Shown here in pieces: positions 56,201 to 64,000 of a stretch of 64,000 bases of DNA. The stretch lies in assembly GCF_009914755.1 (NCBI RefSeq), contig NC_060926.1. One strand, written 5' to 3'. Under the pieces are notes generated by a model. The model ran no database searches. It was not told the origin of the DNA and was given only the letters and a program-made list of their open reading frames with translations. The position numbers and the translations under genes are program-made. How positions within the stretch are numbered: position 1 is the first letter of the stretch; each line of letters opens with the position of its first letter. The stretch is from the human T2T-CHM13v2.0 reference genome, Homo sapiens.

Positions 56201-56835
56201 TGTTGCAGGATCAGGAGGACCGGAGAGAGACCTTGGAGTGTACACAGGAGGATATCTTTATCATTGAGTGCACTCAGACCCAGCAGACTCAATGTCCAAA
56301 GACTGGGCCCAGAACAAAGACAGCGCCTGACTTTTACACACACTTCACAAAAGGGGGTGGGCTAGCTTGAAGCAAGCTTACAGTGGCGTGAAAGCAGGGA
56401 TACAGAGGCAGGACAAACTCAGGATTGCACATGACTGTTGCCAAGCAACCCACATGTCCGTTATCTAGGTTAACCTGGGCACGGGCTTATCCCATAACCT
56501 TCACTATGTTGCCCAGGTGGCCGTAACTCAGGCCTGCTCAGAGGCTCATGACCTTCACTTTACTGCTTAGATAAAACAATGCTTGAAGTCAATAGTTACA
56601 GAGAACAGGAATTTATAAACTCATTCCATAAAACAAAGGAAAATTTGTTTTTCTTCTCCCTATATTGAGGGAGTGCTGGGAGAGTCTCCAGAGCACATTA
56701 GATAATATTATTATTAAGACTTTTCCTGGGTTTGGGCTGTGCTTGTTGCTGCCTCTAGGACAAGTTAGCCTAATACGGGAAAGCTTATTTCTCTTTCTTT
56801 TTAATTTTATTTTTCTTTAATTTCCCACCTCAACA
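56201..56835 (-). mobile_element. Solo ERV LTR (ERVK, LTR14-like)
   Basis: TGTTG...CAACA termini; minus strand begins TGTTGAGGTGGGAAATTAAAGAAAAATAAAATTAAAAAGAAAGAG; no clear TSD seen; subfamily from memory. Confidence 0.65.
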
Positions 56836-56869
56836 CGACCTGAACGTGGCTTAGTCTGCTGCTGGTGTT

Positions 56870-57106
56870 TGTGGAGGGCTGAATAGTGTCCTTAGGAAAT
56901 ATGTTCAAGCCCTAACCTGTGAACACGGACATTTTTGGAAATGGGTTATTGCAGATGTTATGCATTAGGATGACCTCATGATGGATTAGGGTGGGCCCTA
57001 AATCCAATGACCAGCATGCTTTTAAGAAGGGGAAATGTGTGCACAGACACACAGGGAAGGTACGGTGAAGCCGGAGGGAGAGAAGAAGGGACGCGTCTAC
57101 ACTCCA
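56870..57106 (+). mobile_element. MLT1 LTR, 5' part
   Basis: GGGCTGAATAGTGTCC...TTGCAGATGT...GGATTAGGGTGGGCCCTAAATCCAATGACC...CACAGACACACAGGGAAG. Confidence 0.75.
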
Positions 57107-57660
57107 AGTGCAGAGAGAAAAGGTTCAGGGTTGAGGCTCCTGAAACAAGACGGATTCACCAGAGAAAAGCGAACAAATGTATTTTAGTTTTATGTGACTT
57201 GGAGCCTTCGTAAGGAAATGAAGACCCAGAGCCAGGTGGACCTGTGTGTTTGTGCTTTGGCTTGATGAAGAGGGGATGGCCGTGGGGAAACGTGGATGAG
57301 GACGGGAGGCTGTGATGTGATGGGTGAACTGGGCACCTCAGCACGGCCTGTGTGCCCGGGGGAGAGGGGATAGGTGAGCAGGGAAATGACTGTGTTGACT
57401 ATACACAGCCACCACCTAAACCTCAGTGTTTGCTTTGTAATTGAGCTCACGCAAGCAAAGCTATCTCCAGCGGGGACTCTCTTCTAAAGAGCACGCACAC
57501 TTTAATTTTTACCTGTCCTCGAACCAACCCTTTGTTCATTATAACAGTGAAAAAGATACCCCTGGGTGGAGATGTAAGATGCTAATGAGACACACCACCT
57601 ACAAACAAGCATGTGTGCCGACGACCACCAGACTGTGCTTCCTGATAACACCTCTCCCAC

Positions 57661-57957
57661 TTTCTTTTTTTTTTAAGGTGGGGTCTAGATCTGTCCCCAG
57701 TCTGGAGTGCAGTGGTGAGATCTCAGCTCACCACAGCCTCTGCCTCCCAGGTTCAAGCGATTCTCCTGCCTCAGCCTCCTGAGTAGCTGGGATTATAGGC
57801 ATGCGCCACCATGCCCAGCTAATTTTGTATTTTTTTTTAGTAGAGACGAGGTTTCTCCATGTTGGTCAGGCTGGTCTTGAACTCCCGACCTCAGATGATC
57901 CACTCGCCTTGGCCTCCCAAAGTGCTGAGATTACAGGCATGAGCCCCCATGCCCGGC
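57661..57957 (-). mobile_element. Alu (AluS-like)
   Basis: Full dimer; flanked by ACCTCTCCCA on both sides (TSD-like). Confidence 0.93.
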
Positions 57958-58056
57958 TACCTCTCCCATCTTCTTATGGATCATCGGGTGAGACTCCCAT
58001 AAAGGCAGCCTCCCTATGGCCGGTCTCTGCTGTCTCACCCTCATGACCCACCCTGA

Positions 58057-58398
<342 letters not shown>

Positions 58399-58719
58399 TG
58401 CAAAATACTTTTCTTCTTTTGCAATAAGTTACTCTGTGCTGCACTTCTTTTGCAGTGTGTCTCTTGTTTAAATTCTTTTGAACTGAGAAGACGAGAACTG
58501 TCATCACGTCAGCTGTCAACACCAGTTCTCTGTGTCCTGTATCTTCAGAGAGAAGGGCGTGTCTTTTCCCCGGGTTTCGGGAGGGCGTCTCACATCAGGG
58601 TCTTGGGGACCTGCTGTAGGGGAGAAGGCTGAGGGGAGGTGAGAGAGACCTTCCTGCTTCTGCTGTTTTCACAGTGCCAAGGTGCCATACTTTGGGGTAG
58701 CGTGTCCCGAACCCCATCA

Positions 58720-58870
58720 AAAGCAACACAGAGGGTTGCTGGGGCATGGCCGGGAGCAGATTCCCTTTCACATCTCCGCAGGAACTGACCCTGCCGATGC
58801 CTGACCTCAGACTCCGGTCCCCAGGCTGCCAGACAGATTTCTGTTTTGCTTAGTCGGGCAGACGCTAGGC
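58720..58870 (+). mobile_element. MLT1 LTR, 3' part
   Basis: GAGCAGATTCCCTTTCACA...GGAACTGACCCTGCCGATGCCTGACCTCAGACTCCGG...ATTTCTGTTTTG continues the MLT1 consensus. Confidence 0.6.
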
Positions 58871-59332
58871 TCTGTCCCCTACGGTGGCACCATTGGTGCC
58901 GCTCATCGGTTCTTTTCAGGTGGCACAAAGTCCTGCACACGTGTGGGCCAGGTCTCCAGGAGATCTAGGCAGAGTGAAATGCAGATTTTGGGGTCCCCTC
59001 TGGCTCTGTCCTTTCCAGGAACTCCTCTTTCCTCCCTGGCTGCCGCAGTCACCCCGTTGCTCTCTGGGTCCTCATGCCGGAGGGACGGTGGTTTCCTACC
59101 CGAGGCTTTGCTCCCCTGCGTGGGCCAGCTGCTCTCGAGTGGAATGCCTTACAAAAGGAAATCTGCCTGGCGCCACGGCTTTCCTCCGAGTATGGACGCC
59201 TGTTCAGTCTCTTTCTGCTTCCGGCTGTGCCCGGTACCTTCTGGTGGTTGGTGCCTGTATCTGTCCAGGGGATGTAGGTGGTGTGTTGGACTGACATGAG
59301 CTGCTTTGCCATGACTGGAAATGGAGCCTCAG

Positions 59333-59848
59333 TGTTACTGGAAAAAGGGTCTCAATCAAGACCCCAAGAGAGGGCTTTGGATCTCTCGTGGGAAGAAATT
59401 CCAGGCGAGTTGCAGAGTGCAGTGAGAGAAGGAAGTTTATTGAAAACTACTTCATTGCAGATAGGGCACCCTCAGAAAGCAAGAGAAGCAACGCCCCAGC
59501 TTTAGGTTTTTCTTATATAGGGGTCTCGTCTGTGGAAAGACCAAGCCAAGCTGTGCCTACATGTAGGTGAGCAGAGAGCATGATATTTTCTTATTCTATG
59601 TAAGGAAAACTGTCCTTGACATTTTCGTGTGTGAGTCCATCAAAGCATAACTGGAATGATCTTAACAGCACACATTGCTGGGGTTCTGGACGTCTGGACT
59701 CTGTTGTTGGAGGAGTGTGTTTTTGCAGGCGTCACCAAGCTGCCTCTTTAGCTGTGAACATCTTAGGACCGGGGGTCATGACTGTGTCCGGCGAGTGGAT
59801 TTTAAAATGGTGTGATTCTGGCTCTCCTGGGCTCCTGCCTTCCTAACA
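59333..59848 (-). mobile_element. Solo ERV1 LTR (MER4-group)
   Basis: TGTTA...TAACA termini; TGTTACTGGAAAAGGGTCTCAATCAAGACCCCAAGAGAGGG; TTTATT poly(A) signal near 59436; flanks TCAG/CCAG. Confidence 0.75.
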
Positions 59849-61149
59849 CCAGGACCTTTCTTTTGATAAGAGGACGTTGCCCTTGCCCTCTCCGGGTCAC
59901 TGTGAGGACGGGGGTGGACGGAGCTGAGTGCCCAGCAGAGACTTGTCAGAACACGTGGCCTGAAACTCAGCATATGGCCGCCAATTTTGAGCCAATTTTG
60001 ACCCAAAGCACTTTTGCAAGGAATTGTGTCCTGGAACCTGGTGGCCTGGTTAGGGTTGGCCTGGCCCCTGGTTCTCCCTCTGTGAAGCGGGGATCGAGGG
60101 AGCTCAGGGGTTGTGTGTTCAGCACAGAAGCAGGGCCTTGCCTGCAGGAATGCCAGGCTTTATTGCTTTAATTATGATTGTTGATCTAGAAAATAGCACA
60201 TACAGTGTCGTATCAGTTCTCTCAGGGGTCCCAGAAAAAAATGGGTTCTGGGACCAGGTGAGAACCTATTTCTCTCTAACTCTATATTTGTCAAATGTAT
60301 TTGATAACAGAATGCATCTCTATTTTTGTGAAAATCCAATTAATATCCTGAGACAGATGCCCTGAAAAATGTCTTTGTAAATAGTCTGAGTATTGACAGC
60401 ATTCTAAATAATCTGGGTTTCATCCATGCAAAAATCAGACACCACCCACTCCAGACGGCCAGCACCTCCCGCCTCAAGGTGTCTCCCTTGACCCTGGTTT
60501 CTCCGTTGATTCCCTTTTTATCCAACTCATCATGTTTCTAGATGCTGCTTCACATGCAATTAGTTGTTACAAGGAAATAAATCACCTACTTTCTAGGGGA
60601 AGAAATACATACATTTCTGCAGACTCGGGGGATGTTAGGAACAATGGAAACGTCACAGAGCCGAGTGGTGTTGCCCGGATCGCTCTAGAGACTGATTTGG
60701 GGACTGCTTCCGAAGCACAGAAGCGTCTGTTTGCTCTGCCTCCTCGGCCTCCCAATCACCCCATCTTCACGTGGAAATGCACTTCCCAGGAGCGTGTTCG
60801 CTGTGACTGCTGCCTTCCCATGGCTATGCGTGACCCTGAGGTAGGGAAACGTTTCTTAAACAGGACAAAGACCCCCAAACCCAAAAACAAGATGGCAAAG
60901 GGAATGATGAACAGAACTGTATTAGAACTAAGATTAGAAAATCATCAAAAGTTCAAAGGGCATGAGAAGGGAGCATAGAGTGGGAGAAACGTCTGCAGAG
61001 ACTCGGCTGCGAGCGACTCTGTCCGGGACCTGCAGGGAATGTGTGGAAACCAACCAGAGGCAGGTGGCAGCGCAGGCCGAGAGGGGCATGAGAGCTTTGA
61101 AGACACTTCACAGAAGAGGACAAACGTGGCAGGAGCTATGGGATGAAGT

Positions 61150-61322
61150 GCACACACACAAACCCAACACACACCCACACACACACACACACCCACACAC
61201 CCACACACACACACCCCCCACACAAACCCAACACACACACACACGACACACACACCCAACACCCACACACCCACACACACCCACACACAGACACCCACAC
61301 ACCCACACACACACACACACAA
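61150..61322. repeat. CA-rich simple repeat
   Basis: (CA)n with CCC interruptions. Confidence 0.93.
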
Positions 61323-61324
61323 AC

Positions 61325-61805
61325 CCAACAAGACAGAAACAAGCAACAACACAGCGATGCAAAACTAACAATGATCACGCAAATTATACGATTTCTGAGC
61401 GCTCTCAGTGTAAGCAGAAATGAATACCAGCTGTTAATGTGTTAATGCTAACTTTAGTCATTTAAAAAGAATTTGCAAGACAGAACCCCAAACCAGTTTC
61501 TTTCCTAGTGATGGGGCCACAGCTGAAGACCACTGATGCAGATGCAGACGAGCTCGCCTTCCTTGATGGAAGCCAGTGGAAACTCCCCCCCACAAAAAGG
61601 AATTTTTTTAAACAGCAAATAAATTCCAGACCCCCAAATGAAAAACCCTGGAAGATCAGGGATCCCTGGAGGAAAGGGCTCCCAGACTTCGGCAAATCGT
61701 CCTATCAGTTTGGGCTGTGAGGTGCCCAAGCCGGTGCCAAGCACGGATAGGTGAGCTGCTGCAGGCCGGGTCACCTTCACTCAGGATCCCTCCGTGCTCT
61801 CCAGA
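61325..61805 (-). mobile_element. ERV1 internal leader (MER4-int-like) adjoining its 5' LTR
   Basis: Minus strand right after the LTR end reads TCTGGAGAGCACGGAGGGATCCTGAGTGAAGG, in the primer-binding-site position, followed by leader-like sequence. Confidence 0.55.
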
Positions 61806-62412
61806 TGTCAGTCGAGAAAAATGACAAGTCTCAATCATCTGTGGAGGTTTATTTGCCAAAGTTCAGGACACATCCCTGGGATTCAGGTCTATGCCGTTCT
61901 CCGGAGATGATTTTGAGGTTTTGAGGGCTCCAAATTTAAAAGGCAAAGGGCGAGATACTGGGAAGTACACAATTTTCATGTAAGAGGCGGGTAGGGAGAA
62001 ACATTCATGCCTTTGTCTGGCTCAGTGAATCTGCATTTTTTACATAAGACGACATAGACAAGTGGCATAGAGGAAAAACAAGGGAATGTGTATTTTACGT
62101 AACACAGACAAACAGGGCAGGGGAGCAATCAGATATGCATTTGTGTCTGATGGGCAGGAAGGCGACGGCACCTGTAAAGATAAGCCTTCCATTTACATGC
62201 ATGGAGAAATTTTAACAGAAACACCTTCAGAGATCTTGCGGCGCTAGGAATTTCCATGAGGGCAACACCGGGGAGGCGGGTGGCTTTTCATCTTGCAGCT
62301 GTCTTATTTAGGAACCAAAAGTGCGAGGCAGGTTTTCACGAGCCAGTTTCCAGCTTGACTTTTCCCTCTGGCTTAATGAGTCTGGGGTCCCAGAATTTAA
62401 TTTCCTTTCACA
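61806..62412 (-). mobile_element. MER4-family LTR
   Basis: Minus strand begins TGTGAAAGGAAATTAAATTCTGGGACCCCAGACTCATTAAGCC and ends TGACA; GGTTTATTTGCCAAAG poly(A) region. Confidence 0.82.
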
Positions 62413-62569
62413 TGACAGATGGGAGCATCGGGCCAGGGTGCTGCCCGTGGCCCCACGCTTCCCCGAGGGGCTGCTCCCATCGTAAGTCCTGGCAAGATGG
62501 TGGTCAGGTGGGGGTCTTTCACAGCGCCTCCCCCATCTTATAAAAGCCAAAGGATTCCAGGGTCTCAGG

Positions 62570-62960
62570 TGGGATTCTAATCCTTTATATGCTCATATGG
62601 CAAAACCCCTGGACCCTTTTTCAGAATAATGTTTTCATAGTTTACATAAAAATGCAATAACTATGAAATACTGTTATCAAAGTTTTAAAGATCGGATGTA
62701 ATGATATAATTTATTAATGCATAAAACAGAATCTGGTGATGGGTCTAAAACCCACCATAATTTTGAAGTTATGACTGTAAATGGTATTTTAAGATATCTT
62801 CAATAATTGCAAAAAGATTGGAAATGCCTGCGATTTCTTCTGGTAGAAAAGCCACAGGTTCGGTTAACTGAATTCATTTTGTTGCTTCTGGTCAGGATCG
62901 AATGACAGTTAAATTTGATTCATGATTACTGAAAAATGGGTGAACCCTGGGGTGTGTGGG
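62570..62960. mobile_element. MER63-like hAT DNA transposon fragment
   Basis: TGGACCCTTTTTCAGAATAATGTTTT...TTATTAATGCAT...GGGTCTAA...CATAATTTTGAAGT resembles remembered MER63. Confidence 0.55.
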
Positions 62961-63084
62961 CCCTGAGTCTGGAAGGTCTGGTCTGGCGCAAAGCACCTCT
63001 CACCACCTCTGCCCCCTGTGTGCTTCACATTTCAAACTTAACAACATATTTTCACATTCGTTATCTTATTTAATTTGCTGATGA

Positions 63085-64000
63085 TAAATATATTAAGCAT
63101 CCAACCCAAGAAACTAGTAAGAGAGTAAGAATATTCACCCAAGACAATTACATGGCAGGAAGAACGAAGATTAAAAATAAATGTACACAGTAGAAAATGT
63201 CAACAAAAATTAGACCTTGTTAACAAAATACTAGATTTAATCAATGAAAGCCACAGATGGTTTGTTGAAAATAAAAATAGAGAATGGAGAAACCTATTAA
63301 TAATTTAAGTAATTTGGAAATGTATATTAGGGCAAATTTAAGATAAGAACATATACAAAAGGAAATATTATGTAAAACTCAGAGAAAAATCTAAACAAAC
63401 ATATTTTCTGAGAGAATATAAGTTTAAAAATTGACTTCAGAAGAAATAGAAAACACAAGTAGCTCGATAACTATAGTAGTGACGAAAGAGATTGGCTGAG
63501 CTAAACTAGTGTTATAAGCACCAGTCCTTGATGGTAACTCAGAAGTTTTGAAAAAGAGAAACAGAGCAGTGTGGAGTATGTGTGCGCAGGTTCACACATG
63601 TGTGAAAGTGTGTGGGATGTTTATCTGTGTGTCTGTGTGCACACGGTGTGTGAGTGTGTATGTGTGTGTGTGCTTGTTAAAGTAGGCAGATGGCCGGGAA
63701 TCTGTATCCTGCCCTCACAAGGTGGGCTCCCACCTGCAGGCTCAGAGGAGGAGCCCCTTCCGGGCCCCCTGTTCCTGACTTCTGACCCCTGGCGCTGCCC
63801 CACGGTAAATGCCAGTGCTTTTAGGCCACTGGGTTTGTGGTTATTTGTTATGTCAGCAAAAAAAGAACTAATACAAAGAGCAGGTAAATTGGAATAGCCT
63901 CTTTACAGGGTAATTTGACTTCATCTATAAGAATGTAAAATGCAGACACTGACCTGGAAATTCCACTTTCAGCATTTAACCTTTAAAAATATCCACACTT
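63085..64000 (+). mobile_element. Old LINE-1 fragments (A-rich, sense)
   Basis: AAGAAACTAG..., ATCAATGAAAGCCACAGATGGTTTGTTGAAAA, AAATTGACTTCAGAAGAAATAGAAAA, GACCTGGAAATTCCACTT. Confidence 0.6.

Overview
Human genomic DNA from distal chromosome 2q (2q37.3), recognised from its genes; it is not microbial. Left to right: intron 1, exon 1 and promoter of PDCD1 (PD-1; minus strand, ATG at 2384); the two-exon RTP5/CXXC11 gene (plus strand, 572 aa when spliced); a CpG/GC-box promoter at about 25.5-26.1 kb, probably LINC01237; and the three coding exons of FAM240C (minus strand, 95 aa when spliced, absent from the ORF track). The rest is a dense set of GC-skewed minisatellites, Alus, old L1/MLT/MER fragments and ERV LTRs. 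Almost all long ORFs in the track are read-throughs of simple repeats or Alus. I found no convincing new protein-coding system. The best second-look items are regulatory or structural: an NF-kB/NFAT/AP-1/ETS/STAT motif cluster about 5 kb upstream of PDCD1, an RFX X-box plus CCAAT at RTP5, a cryptic internal repeat in RTP5, a solo LTR13 with an intact TSD inside a VNTR, a G-rich VNTR born inside an MLT1 LTR, and a 4.7-kb CACCC/G4 array with higher-order structure in a FAM240C intron. Gene and repeat-family names are from memory and were not checked by database search.
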